Of a DNA stretch of 64,000 nucleotides, positions 39,640-52,599 are shown one piece after another. Under the pieces are notes generated by a model, which made no database searches, was not told the origin of the DNA, and was given only the letters and a program-made list of their open reading frames with translations. This stretch comes from Potamilus streckersoni (lineage: Eukaryota), in assembly GCA_016746295.1 (NCBI GenBank), contig JAEAOA010000822.1:822104-886103 (forward strand). Reading direction: 5' to 3'. Both the position numbers and the translations under genes were made by a program. Each line of letters opens with the position of its first letter. The stretch's first letter is position 1.

Positions 39640-40235
39640 TGAGGTCACCACATTGTGTTCTGAATAATATGATGAGGTCATCAAATGTATTCAGTGACTG
39701 GTCCCTTGCTTGCTGCAGTGAGGTCATTGGTGGCACTTTACAGTGTCATATTTTGCACAGGGTTAGATTTTAAAGAAAATGAATTTCCCAGGTTTTCATC
39801 ACTGGTTATATTGGCTATTTAATAAAGACTTTGTATATCTTAGATGTTGTTAAAAAAAAACTTTTATTCCCTTTATTTTGGTATATGATCAATGTATGTA
39901 ATTTGGGTTCTAGCACATACAGCTTGGCCTCGCTTCAAATGTGCTCATATTAGAAAACCTGCAAGTTGTCCCTTGCTTATTATAATGATATCACCTAAAG
40001 TATTCAATGATTTGTTTTCTGCTTAATGAAGTGGGGTGACTAATGTATACAGTGATTTGGTCTCTGCTTACCTTGTTTAGGTCACCAAAATTATGCAATG
40101 ATTTGTTCCCTGCCTAATGCTATGAGGTCATTAAAAGATTTGTTCCCTGCCTAATACTATGAGGTCATTAAAAGAATTCAATGATTTGTCCCCTGCCTAA
40201 TGTGGTGAGGTCACCAAAAGAGTTTATAAAATTTA
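39640..40235. repeat. Degenerate ~45-50-bp tandem repeat (..caatgatttgtcccctgcctaatgtggtgaggtcaccaaaag..) interrupted at ~39722-39965 by a partial copy of dispersed repeat X
   Basis: Repeated ..tgaggtca(c/t)..tttgt(c/t)cc(c/t)tgc.. modules on both sides of a segment collinear with 9121-9370. Confidence 0.6.
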
Positions 40236-41934
40236 TTCAATAAAATGATTCTATTTGATGATGGAAAGGAGTTTTAAAGCAAAAATGTTAGAAATTTCTG
40301 CTCAATGGTCTGACAGATCAAGATATGGATCATAGGGACCTAATTTTATGCCAAGGGTGCAGCAATCAAAATACATTCCCTTACCAGCTGTCATAATTCT
40401 AGTTATAACAACATGTGTACTGAGAGCAAAAATCCTCAGCTACACAGAAACTTAACCAAGAATGTTCAAACAATGTACAAAGTTAGCCGCCTCCTGAGGG
40501 GCAGGTGCTATGAAAAACCCACATTAAACTGCTGCTTAGGACTAAAGAAAAAACAACTGGTGAGATGCAGAGAGGCTTTAAATATACAGTGGTCCCACCT
40601 TTTTTATGGCCACCCCTTCTGTACCAGGAAAGTGTCCATATAAAACGAGTGGCCTTTCCAGAGGGGAATTATATTTATGTATGTGAATGTATATACATGT
40701 CTATATAAAAAGAAATCTACATAACTTAAAGAAATTAATATCTTTATTTACAAGTAGCATTAATTATTAAAATGATCTTACTGTCTTAAAAACTGACATA
40801 TTTCAAGGTAAAATAAATGTATAGTTCTTTATTCCTAAGCATGAATTGTGAGTTGGGTATTGTTGGCATGCACATTTAAAACCATTCAAAAACATTATTT
40901 AAATCTTGGTACATACATCATTCTGTGTCTAAAACAATTTTATTTCCATTTACTCCATTATCCCACTCCTATGGAATATTATTCTTATCTGTTACGCTGT
41001 TGTTTATTTGAGTCTAAGTTCTGAAAGTTCACTAAAGGTTGCCCAGATTTTTTGGGGGGTGGCAAAACTTTCAAAATGTGGAAATAAGGTTCTGGGGCTC
41101 AGAACAAACTATTTGTGCGTCATGGCCAACAAAGGTTAGGAACCACTAATATAAATGATGTAAATGCAAGTAATGCAGACATTATTAAATCAATAATGTC
41201 AATAATTAATAATATAAATGTCAACTTACAGAAGTAAATAAACTCCAATGTAATGTTTAGTTATGAAAATGACATTTTAGGGTAAACATGAACTCTAGGC
41301 CTACTGTGTACCGTACCAAAAATTGTGGCAATATCACATCACATTGATTATTCTGTTTTGAAAAATGATTTATGTTATTATAAAATGTTCTGTTTATTAG
41401 GATGGAAGCTTTTTCTTTGATTTATAGTTTGTAAAAGAGTACAATCTACTTTAACCAGTTCAACTTTGGGACTAAATTTATGCAAAACAAATGAAAGGTG
41501 CAACATCTATCAGAATGAATGATATTATTCGTTCTTCTTTCTATTTAAATAATTTTCACTGAAATAAAAACTATGTGATAAAAAGAATTTCAAATGGGTA
41601 ATGATTTCATATTAAATCATTACCCATTGAGATCCTCTTTATTCTAGCCTATTCTATATGTACATGTTTAATGACATGAGTACATTGGGTAATGTATATA
41701 GATTAATAAAATATATTCTTGTATACTAAAGAATCATATAATACAATCTAATGACTTTGCAAATGATGTCATGAACTCGTTTATAGTAAAAATATTATGT
41801 CCAAGTATCCAAATTCCCTGGTGAGTACAACATTTAAAGTACTTCACAAGTTTATTAAAATTTTAACAGATTAAAAAAGATATTATATATTATATCATAA
41901 AACAATAACGATTTTTTTTCTTGTAAGATTCTAT

Positions 41935-43340
41935 ACTAACACATTTACAAACCAATATGAATGCTTTTTGTTTTATTGCTGGTTTAAACAGCATTTTTAC
42001 ATATCATTGGCCACATCATGCCCATGAAATGAGAGCCAGGTGCCTTTTCAATGACACAATAAGACAGGAAATGAAAACCAGTCAAGGTCACTAAGATTTA
42101 GGAGTCTGATGACCAGGAAATGGGAGCCAGGAGCCTTTCCCAATTGATACAATAAGGCAGGCAATGAAAACCAGTCAAGGTCACTAAGATTTAGGGGTCT
42201 GATGCCCTGGAAATGGGAGACAGGTGCCTTTTCCAATGATACAATAAGGCAGGAAATGAAAACCAGTCAAGGTCACTAAGATTTAGGAGTCTGATGACCA
42301 GGAAATGGGAGCCAGGAGCCTTTCCCAATTGATACAATAAGGCAGGCAATGAAAACCAGTCAAGGTCACTAAGATTTAGGGGTCTGATGCCCTGGAAATG
42401 GGAGACAGGTGCCTTTTCCAATGATACAATAAGGCAGGAAATGAAAACCAGTCAAGGTCACTAAGATTTATGAGTCTGATGCCCAGGAATGGGAGCCAGG
42501 TGCCTTTCCCAATTGATACAATAAGACAGGCAATGAAAACCAGTCAAGGTCACTAAGATTTAGGAGTCTGATGCCCAGGAAACGGGAGCCAGAAGCCTTT
42601 GCCAATTGATACAATAAGGCAGGAAATGAAAACCAGTCAATGTCACTAAGATTTAGGAGTCTGATGCCCAGGAAATGGGAGACAGGTGCCTTTCCCAATT
42701 GATACAATAAGGCAGGCAATGAAAACCAGTCAAGGTCACTAAGATTTAGGAGTCTGATGCCCAGGAAACGGGAGCCAGAAGCCTTTGCCAATTGATACAA
42801 TAAGGCAGGAAATGAAAACCAGTCAATGTCACTAAGATTTAGGAGTCTGATGCCCAGGAAATGGGAGACAGGTGCCTTTCCCAATTGATACAATAAGGCA
42901 GGCAATGAAAACCAGTCAAGGTCACTAAGATTTAGGAGTCTGATGCCCAGAAAATGGGAGCCAGGAGCCTTTCCCAATTGATACAATAAGGCAGGCAATG
43001 AGGGTCACTAAGGCATGGTCACTAAGATTTAGGAGTCTGATGCCTAGGAAATGGGAGCCAAGGCAATGAACCCATGACCCATGGATTTATAAGTCAGATG
43101 GCCAGAAAATGGGAGATAAATGCCTTTCCCAATGACACAAGGAGGCAGCCAACAATGGCCAACAAATAAACCAAGCATACCATATTGATTTATAACACAC
43201 ACATGTGAAATGTGCAAGCTGCATAAACCTTCTTAGCATAATGTACCAAAAGAAAAAAAAAAATCAAGTTCATTTGAAGCTGTTAACGACAACAGTGAAG
43301 AACCATCAGCTTATGATTTCTGAGATGGCAGGGTATATGT
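41935..43340. mobile_element. Composite repeat family F copy with internal 72-bp tandem array (~14 units, 42040-43010)
   Basis: Unit ggaaatgggagccaggagcctttcccaattgatacaataaggcaggcaatgaaaaccagtcaaggtcactaagatttaggagtctgatgccca. The 3' flank (43080-43340: ..aaatgcctttcccaatgacacaaggaggcagccaacaatggcc..ttgaagctgttaa..gagatggcagg..) is collinear with 61480-62050 and 53130-53290. ORFs 42048-42998 are artefacts. Confidence 0.7.
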
Positions 43341-44047
43341 ACTTCACATGCTACATCAGATCTATCTAAATATATCATATGGCAGTAGTGTCTTTTAGTA
43401 TCTTTGCTACACAAAATCAAGTTTTATTTTTATATTTGAATAGAGCATGGTTGTAACATGGTCCCCAAAGAAATAATTTCACTTGTCTTGAAGTACAGGT
43501 AAATACTGCAATATGACTTTAAATATGGAAGCATGTAAAATCAATCAGGCAATAGACTCATTTGTTATCATTTGACCTTACAATCATTTTGTTATTCAAT
43601 AATGTTAATGGCAAGTGGCAGAAATATGTATTAATGATCCATATACACATTACAATATTCTCAAATGGGAAAGGAATATGCACATACACAATGGGGTAGG
43701 GACAATTTTTACTACATGAATAGTCCAATTTTACACAAATAAATCTTTGGTGACAAAGTTATATACCATATATACTCGCTAATAAGACTAGTCCAACTAC
43801 AAACGGAGCAGACCCATATCTACTGTTGCATTATGCACCAGCAGATCTCGAGATAAGAATCTTTATTGCTTTTAGTTTGACTCGACTTTTAAGGGAATAT
43901 ATAAAATAGTAAAAATAGTAAAATCTCAACTGTACCAAACATTAACATGAAACTGAAACCACATAAAAATATTGTTAGATTTGAAATGTGAAATGTTGCC
44001 ACTCTAAAAAAATCTACTACATCAACACAAGAATAGCCATCACTTAC

Positions 44048-44110
44048 AACTGGAGGTTGGACCAGAGAAGATAATCTTCCTTCCATATGTGATTGTTTTC
44101 TCATTGCTGC
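44048..44110 (-). CDS. Candidate small exon (63 nt, phase 0/0): AAMRKQSHMEGRLSSLVQPPV, with an in-frame ATG that could be the translation start
   Basis: Minus acceptor ctctctccctgtttag|GCAGCAATGAGA (AG at plus 44111-44112). Consensus donor CCAGTT|gtaagtgatgg (gt at plus 44046-44047). Shares its frame with ORF 43889-44104. Confidence 0.45.
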
Positions 44111-44519
44111 CTAAACAGGGAGAGAGAAAAATATGATTATAATAAAATACAATGAATTAGCATTTTGTGCATTGTGGATTCATTTTCCTGACAGTCTTTA
44201 GTTTTCTAGACAAATTTTCTTGAAATTGATTATGATTTATGTTATTTAGACAAATTTCATTTTGTGGCAAGACAACATAAAGACAAATTAAAAGACTATC
44301 AAATAATCATTAACTGGTCACTAGAAACCGCTGAGAATGGTATTTTAGAATCAAAACTAGTTCCACATGCCACATGAATTTTTTATTATTTACTGCAAAT
44401 TTGTATACAAAATGATCTAATCAGGAAATAAATACTGATCTTTGACATGGCAGAATTCGTATAATTGTCCCACCTGGCAAAGTGAAACTGATGGAAAGTT
44501 TTGGAGGTAAGATGGAAGT

Positions 44520-44650
44520 ATAATTTGTTGTTGTTGTTGTTGTTATTGCTGTTGGATCTAATGCCATTTTTCAGTACAAGATAGGCTTTACATGGCAACT
44601 AGTATAAATGGTGGAGGAAAATCCCAGAAAGAACCAACCCCCCACAAGAT
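44520..44650 (-). mobile_element. SINE family B tail fragment
   Basis: gttgttgttgttgttattgctgttggatctaatgccatttttcagtacaagataggctttacatggcaactagtataaatggtggagg. Confidence 0.5.
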
Positions 44651-46379
44651 GCTACTAACAAGCTTTCTCAAATACTCACATTGGCCAAACCCTGAACATT
44701 TTGTTACTTGCATGTAAATATGGGCCTTAGAAAAGGGCCCTGTAAAGGAAACTTAAGGGACAGGAGAAGTTGTCCATATCAGAATATGGAAATGGCTGAG
44801 TAAGATATCCCGATGTTTGACAGTGACATTAAAAAAGTATAGATGAGCATTGAAATGAATAATTCAAGTACACGCCATTTAGATGTTCAGTGATTTGTCA
44901 AAATGATCTAAGACAGGAAAATAATATACTGTGGGCACAAAAGCTAAACTTGAAAAACTTTTGTGAAAAATGGAGTAAAAATATGGACAAATAGAAAAAG
45001 ATTTCTGAAAAAAAACCATAATTTTCGTGGCTTTGGAATTATTGCAGATGAAGGATGAGCTGTATGAGATGCATGTGAAGATAAGGTCAAAACTTTGTTG
45101 CATAACATGCTACATGTAACAGACACAAGGAATATCAATTTATGACATGCACTGGCTAAAAACTAACAAAAAGAATGTCTTGTGCAAAAACAATCCACCT
45201 ATTACACCTCTTTCTTGATAATTCGCAAACAACAGGGTCCACATAGAAGCGAGGGCATGAGTTACTGAGGGTCCTCCAAAAATTGAAAACATTGGCTGAG
45301 AAAACCGTTGTGTGGGGTAAGAACTGGGCTGTTTAATGATTGAATACTCATTTTACAAACACATCAATAATAATTTTCAATAATGTGCTTTTTCTAATGA
45401 AGTTGTTCATTATTCTGTTTAAATAACATTTATTTTCAAATTGACCAACATGTGCAAGATTATTCCAATTGGTTTCAATAACAATCACATGCACACAAAC
45501 AAGTCGGGAGTCAAAAGAGCAGGGAACTAGACTAACCATTGATATACCACCAAACAAGATTCCATTTATCTTAAAAAAAAAATTATTTCATGAGACAATT
45601 GTCTACATCAGATCTCAAATTTGGTATTGTTCAATTAGTACAATAATAATGTTGTGATTTAATTGAAAGTAATAATGAAACTTCTTATCATCCTTGAAGA
45701 TATCTCAGTTCAAGAATTCTCTGAAACTCACTTGCCCACAATGGTCCGTATCTGTGAAACCAAGCTGTTTATTGTACAAAGTAATTATTTCGCTTGGTTG
45801 CCTTTCTATCTTTGATCACAGTTACCAATGAGTCATTTAATTTAAGGTAGTTTATGTTATATACACAATAACATATATTAAATCAAATGAAGTGAGTGTA
45901 CCTGAAATGACTGGAGTTAAAAGATTTTAAGTTCATAGTATTTTCTTGCCTTTAAACATTTCTGTTATTACACCTACTTCATTTGATTAAAAAAGATATA
46001 ATTTTAACATGATAATGCAAAGGAGCTTTTAATTCAGCACAACAATACAACAAATACTTCCACAAGTCAGTTATCACAGTCAGCACCTAATTTGGTTCTC
46101 AGAGAAATTCTTACAGACATATCTGTTATGGTAGAGGACACATTGCATTTATGAAGAATACACTTAAAGAAATTAAAAGAAACCAAAAGATAGAACTAGA
46201 ACACAAATTCAATTGATAAAAAAATTGATTTAAATTTAATTTGTATTTATTTATTTATTAGAGTAATCCCTCCACTTGACATAAGTGACATTTTCAATAA
46301 CTGAAATTTCCTTATTATAAATTGTTGTGTACTAGGAATGGCATTTGGAAAGAAAACAAGTGATATACAGTAGTCCCCC

Positions 46380-46620
46380 TCTTGAATGCTCCCCCCTCAC
46401 CAGTGGCCACCTGGATGAATTTGTGTTCAGAAGTACCCCTCACAAAAGGCCATTCCACTAACGTGACTATCGGCCAGCATATTAGTGCAAAAATATAAAA
46501 TTTACCCCTCACAATCAGCCGCATTTTATTTTGTAAGGTATATCCAGAGTACATGTACCACTAAGGTTAATATTATATCATTTACGCCTCATGAGAAGCC
46601 ACATTTATTCCATACTACCA
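46380..46620. repeat. Degenerate ~75-80-bp tandem repeat (motif tacccctcaca..gcc(a/g)cattt), ~3-4 units
   Basis: Recurring (t)acccctcaca(a)ag..gcc..cattt modules read directly. Confidence 0.45.
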
Positions 46621-48559
46621 AGAAAGAATCCATACAAAAAGGTAAGTACATGGAATCTGCTTAGCCTTACTGCTGTTTGTTATCAGTCCAGTTTATTCAC
46701 TCTGATAATTGTTAAGATTACAATTATTAAACATCAGTAGCAGTTAAGAAGTGGTGGTATTGATGTACAATACACAAGTCAGTGGAAAAATGGCTTGATA
46801 GCCTTTAGGGATACCCTTAGTAATAGGTTGAGCCTGATCACTTTCATAATTAGTAGTTATTACTACTGCCAATAATTGTCAAGATTACAAATCCTAACAA
46901 ACATGAGGTGTTATTGTTCAGATCAAATCCATTTTGGATTCTGTCTCTTAGTGTAAAGAATTGTAAACACAAATCTGCCACTAATGAATCACATGACAAG
47001 ATTGCTGCCTTTAAAAAACACATGGCATTTTGTTTAAATGCAGAAAGTTGTTTTATCAGTCTTGTAGTTGGTAACACTGATTATTATTATTAATTGTCAA
47101 GATCATAACAGGGTCATCATAGTCAAAAATATAGATTTATGCAGACACACACTCACAGAAATTAGCTTTGAACAAAATAGGGTACAACCCGTCTTATAAG
47201 GCCACTTCCCCAGTACAGAAGGGGTGGCCATATAAGAGGGTGACTACCGTATCATAGTTTATGTTACCAGTTTGTACTGCGATTTTCTTCAAGTTCAACA
47301 AATAGGACTTTTGGGGTATTTTCTGGTTTAAAAAATGGGATCCATACCTGACCCCGCATTATATGTGGGTTTGTGAGTTATCAGGGAATGAGTTATCGAG
47401 GGAGTGGTGTATTACAAAGTTTGTCATGTATGATATAAGGCCTGAGTGTGGGAAAAACACCTAAGGACAGCAGCTACAATGTTTCAAAAAATTAAACAAC
47501 TTATTCAAGACAAAAGAAAGATCTTGCATGAACAATGAAAAGATGGAAGAAGAATGTGCTGGAAAAAAGAAGACTGATCTTAGTATATATATAACTCGGA
47601 AAAGGTTTGCTCTGTTAGTAGAACATGAGTACCAGTACTGCATTGGAAAAAGTTTATCAGAAATGACTGACAAACAGTGATGAGTGAGCTAGTTGATGTA
47701 GGTGTATGAAACTCTTCCACTGAAAACAATTTTTAGGGGTCAAGGCATGGTCATTGCTATCTTTCTTGTGATGAGCTAAAAATGTGTTTATCCTGGATTT
47801 TTCCCCCATGTGTTATTCAAAATATCAATGTGCTAATAACTTTTCTACACATTTCATTCATTTTTTTTTAATTTCTGATGAAATCCAGTGCATTAGTTAC
47901 AAGTTCAGATGCAGCAAGACCAACTTATTTTTTAGACACTCATTCTAATATATCAAAAACTCAGCCTAAGTTATGTTGCATTTTCTACCTTCTAATGAAA
48001 TTACTGAAATTTTCAGTGCAAATAGCCTTTCCTGGACCAACCAAATCACACCTATCTGCTTGTTATACTCTGCAAAAGCCAAGAGTCTAAACTCAATGAC
48101 ATATTATTTTCAGTTTAGGATTTAATCTGCTTTCTACTGAATGCATGTAATAATCATCACTTTCTGACAAAATCTGAAGAAAAAAAATAATTCAGCCTTT
48201 GTTATGTTGCTTTTTCTAAAAATATCTGCATTGTAATGAAATTAATGGAGTTTTCAATGCAAATGGCCTTTCCTGGACCAACCAAATCACACCTGTCTGT
48301 TTTGTTATCCTATGCAAATGCCAGGAGTATGAATGCAGTAAAATATTATTTTCTGTGTAGCCTTATCTGCTGAATACAGGCAACATGTTTTATTTGCTAA
48401 ATAATTTCTTGAAAGAATCTGAAAAATATTACTCATCTTCAGAAGTGTTACAACAGGATGCAATGAGAGCTGTTTACACTAATAGTGCAGTGAGACCACA
48501 ACATGACAGTAAGTTTAAGGTTAATTGGATCAGAGAACTCCATGTGTCTTTAGACATTG

Positions 48560-48812
48560 CTGTTGTTGTTGTTGTTGGGCTTAACGCCATTTTTCAGCAC
48601 ACGATAGGCTATTCATGGCGGCCATTATTAATGGTGGAGGCAGAAACTGGGAAATCACCGGAAAGAACCACCGACCCACGAGAAGCTACTGGCAAGCTTT
48701 CTCACATATCCACATTTGCTGAATCCTAGACTCGAACCCACACAGACAGAGGTGAGATGGCAGTGATCCGTAACGGACAGTGCTTTAAACCACTCAGACA
48801 CTCGGGGTCCCT
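48560..48812 (-). mobile_element. Full SINE family B copy, minus orientation, perfect 13-bp TSD tctttagacattg
   Basis: TSD at 48547-48559 and 48813-48825. The element runs (gtt)n...gggaccccgagtgtctgagtggtttaaagcactgtccgttacggatcactgcc in reverse complement. ORFs 48385-48729 and 48655-48846 are artefacts. Confidence 0.8.
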
Positions 48813-48929
48813 CTTTAGACATTGTACAGAGTTGTCTAATATACACCTGTCAAAGGAAAAGTCTGAGCACAAATTAAGTAAAAAAATATTACAAATCCTC
48901 TTTTAAAAATGTTACCAATAAACATCATT

Positions 48930-49330
48930 CATCAAATGAGTGACATAGTAACTGATGCTAATTATACTAGTACATCAATATATTGTCCTTTCCATGCTCA
49001 TCAAAACTTTTTACTGGATCAAAAGAGTTTTGAACTGTTTGATTTGATAATGTGATATTGTGAATCCCATAATTTTGGTTCCATAACATTTCATATGTGG
49101 GTGGCCAATCATGAAGACTCTATTGCACCTTCCAGAAAATGTTTCATATACATGATGGATATTACATTATAATCCACAGACAACTGCCTAGGTATGGGGG
49201 TGAATACTGTGTGAAGAGGGTGGTATGAAGGTGGTTCACAATATGTAATAACAATAAGGCCAGAGACTATAATCATGCCATTGCTGTAAAATGTATGAAA
49301 TGATGGCAAAATTATGCAAGCATGTCAACA
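48930..49330 (+). repeat. Repeat module H, copy 1
   Basis: Collinear with 51410-51850 (..atactgtcctttccaagatcac.., ..ggtatgggggtgaatactgtgtgaagagggtggta.. / ..gatgtggggttgaatactttgggaagggagggtggta.., ..aataacaataaggcca..). ORFs 49109-49309 and 51639-51830 show the same peptide motif. Confidence 0.65.
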
Positions 49331-49589
49331 GGTAAAAGGGAACAGATGCTAACCTGTAAAACATAATCAAACAAAAAATATTTATCTGCTATTAATAACT
49401 GCCTCAGCAAAACTGTGACTGTTAGCCTGAATATATCTCAAAAAAAATTTATGAAAAGACTTTACTGATGTGCAGTCTGTCATTTTCAATATATTGTGTA
49501 ATTAACAGTCTTGTCTGAAAGCTGATGCTGCAGCAGTTCTGTATAAATGAGCTTTGAATTTAGATTTATCAACTCCTTATTGTTCTAAA

Positions 49590-49990
49590 ACCATTTTAAT
49601 CATCCTGCAATATTTCAAGCATGTCACAGAATTAACTGTCTTAGCTTCATAAAGATTCTTCAAAAGTATAAACATATTCCAACACGTCTTTAAGAAGTAT
49701 AACCAAAAATGTAATGAAAAAATTTTCAATGACTTTGATATTGACCTCAAGGTCAAAGGAGAAAGTAAATATGTCATAGAATGAACTTTCATGGCTTCAA
49801 GATTCATTCCAAATATAGTGATAAATTTATCAAGACATTAGCAATTATGATAATGGAAAACTTCAACCTAAAATTTTTAAAAATGCTATATGACAAGGTT
49901 GTTATTGCACCAGTAGAAACATGACTATCCTGTAATGGAGGCTTGACAAAATGTATAATTATTTGTAATTGGGAGTCATTGCAGGAGCTC
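49590..49990 (+). repeat. Repeat module D, copy 1
   Basis: Collinear with 52090-52440 (..atgacttggatactgacttcaagttcagagg.., ..cctgtaatg(g/t)aggcttgacaaaatgtataatta(c/t)ttgt(a/t)attgggagtcattg(c/t)ag..). Confidence 0.7.
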
Positions 49991-50639
49991 TATTTAATTC
50001 ATTACATCACAGGAGATGGTAGCCTACTGAGATCTGTAGGGTCAAGATCATGTATGACACAATAAAGTGGGTGGTATTATAGAAAGATGGAGAGATCTAG
50101 CTCTACAATGATACCAAATAATATAAATGTTCTAGTTGCACTACAAAATACAGAGGGAAAAACAAAACTTTTTGGACCAGTGTTTTTTTCCAGCCGAAAT
50201 TTGTCCTAAGTCGGAACCTGATTTTGTGTCTGGATTTTAGACATTCTGGCCTCAGATCTAAGACAGACCAGTATGAACTGCACACAGACAGGTGAACCTT
50301 TGCAAAAAGTAGGATAAGATGGGCAATTATAATAATGAGTGGTCTCAACATGAAAAGGATTGGTCCATTAAGCAAACATGAAAAAAGAAGTCCAGCTTTT
50401 ACCCTTCTGCTCATGCTCAGGCAAAACAGCCAATGAAAAACAATGTTTCTAACACAACTAGGCAAAACAGCCAATGAAAAACAATGTTTCTAACACAACT
50501 AGGCATTAGATTACCTAAAATGTCTTGAAGGTTGATGTATTAGGATGCATTCTGAAATAGAACCCAAAATGGCTTTCCTACTCACATTTCAGGCGAAAGC
50601 AACAAAAACCTTTAGAGGTTAATGAGTTAAACATGACTG

Positions 50640-51175
50640 CAAGAGCCACACATATTTAAGTTAACAAAATCGACTCCACATGACCTTTGACCGCATCATT
50701 ATGTTGTTTTAAAACCATTTATATTATATATACTTACACGACCTATTAGTCTTGTGACTTCTTTAATCTCATCAGTTCTCAATGAAGTGCTCTTGGGCTA
50801 CAGCAATGAAAAGAGAAAGCATAGAATTCTAAATGCATGAACTGTAATAACCACTTACCACATGTAACATCTAAGTGGGGGACTGCAACACTTCCAATAA
50901 GCCCTCACTACCATGGTGTTTGCATGTGTTAACTTGATCAAAAAAGGACCAAGAAATCACATTTTTCAGGTACCATAAACAGTATTCTGAAATTAAGGCC
51001 TTCCAAAGTTAAATAAAATGCACAAATTAAGTTGTAAAATATCTGATAATGACAGGAAGTGCACTCAATGGTTGCAAAGATGCAGTGAGTGGACAGACAG
51101 ATTGGCAGTCATAACTTACAATACTGAAATTACAGATATACAAAAACTTATGAAAAAAATTACAAGTCTTTTCGA
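50640..51175 (+). repeat. Repeat modules E+G, copy 1
   Basis: Collinear with 57190-57705 (..acatacctaaatcaacaaaacagac..catgacc(t/g)ttgacc..taaattcattcatatt..; ..taccacatgtaacatctaag../..taccacagattgtgtctaaaa..; ..gcatgtgttaacttgatcaaaaaaggaccaag..; ..aattaagttgtaaaa..gataatgacaggaag..). Confidence 0.7.
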
Positions 51176-51409
51176 TTTCAAACTTAATTCTAAATACCAA
51201 CAAGTTTAAGGAATATTAGAAATTTGTTATCCTTAGTTTAAAAAGGAATGATTTTGGTCTTGATGCTTCTTACACAGATAGACCATTCTTGATATGGTAC
51301 ATGAGCCTACATACAGCTAAACATGTTTTATACTAAATCATTCTATATGTACACATTCTCCATTTCAATGAGATGATGCCATTGTGTTAAATATGCAGCC
51401 TTTAGATTT

Positions 51410-51850
51410 AGAAGTTTATGAACTAATTACCATATTACATCAATTATGGCAAACAATACATACATTAACATACTGTCCTTTCCAAGATCACTAAAAATTT
51501 GTGCTGCATGAAAAGACTTTTTGATTTAAATTGTTTGGTTTTTTTTCATTCCTGCACTTCAGCACTGGATACAGAGTTATTGCAAAATCTTTTTTCCACC
51601 TCTTTCTGGCAATGTATCCTAAACTGCTGGGTGGAAATTCATGAAACTGCATCATACATGTAATGGATTTTTAACATTATAAGAAATGAGTCGATGCCTG
51701 GATGTGGGGTTGAATACTTTGGGAAGGGAGGGTGGTAAAATGGGGTTTTGCAATAACAATAAAGCCACAGCCCCCTGTCATACCAGTCCTCTACAATGTA
51801 TGACACTGATGTCAAAGTTAAGGATGTCACAGGCTTTTTTCATTTGGTTG
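51410..51850 (+). repeat. Repeat module H, copy 2
   Basis: See 48930-49330. Confidence 0.65.
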
Positions 51851-51857
51851 GTATATG

Positions 51858-52076
51858 TCCATTACGGATCACTGCCATCTCACCTCTGTCTGTGTGGGTT
51901 CAAGTCTAGGATCCCGCGAATGTGGATATGTGAGAAAACTTGCCAGTAGCTTCTTGTTGGTCGTTGGTTCTTTCCAGTGATTTCCCGGTTTCTTTCTCCA
52001 CCATTAATACCTGCTGCCATGAATAGCCTGTTGTGTGCTGAAAAATGGCGTTAAGCCCAAAAATAACAGCAACAAT
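51858..52076 (+). mobile_element. 5'-truncated SINE family B copy
   Basis: ccattacggatcactgccatctcacctctgtctgtgtgGGTTCAAGTCtagg..ccaccattaatacctgctgccatgaatagcctgttgtgtgctgaaaaatggcgttaagccc. ORF 51686-51949 is an artefact. Confidence 0.7.
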
Positions 52077-52089
52077 CATTTGGTTTGAT

Positions 52090-52560
52090 AATGATTTATC
52101 CTAAGTATGAACAATATCCATCCGGTGTTTAGAAAATATAAACTAATGAGAAAATCTGAAAGCAATTTATTTATGACTTGGATACTGACTTCAAGTTCAG
52201 AGGTGTATGTAAGCATGTCACAAAATGATTTGTCTTAGCTTCATGATTCATTCTAATTATCATGATAATTTATCAAGACATTCAGGAAATATATGCTGAT
52301 GGAAAACTTTGACCTTAAAAAAACTTATTATGACAATGTTGTTCCTGCCACCAGCAGAAACATGACTGCCCTGTAATGTAGGCTTGACAAAATGTATAAT
52401 TACTTGTTATTGGGAGTCATTGTAGCTGCTCTATTTCAATGTGAATGTATGAGCTATATATACCTAAATCTACAAAACAGTCTATTCCACATGACCTTTG
52501 ACCTAACCATCACCATGTGTTAAATTCATTCATATTGTAAATAAACTGGCAATCCAGCAG
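52090..52560 (+). repeat. Repeat modules D (52090-52440) and E (52440-52560), copy 2
   Basis: See 49590-49990 and 50640-51175. Confidence 0.7.
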
Positions 52561-52599
52561 TTGATACTAATATAACACTTTCACAAACCATTTTATAAT

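Noticed and set aside
42048-42998. 176-aa ORF (LGKAPGSHFLGIRLLNLSDLDWFSLPALLYQ repeats)
   Set aside because: It lies inside the 72-bp array of repeat family F, and 72 bp is a multiple of 3. It is an artefact.
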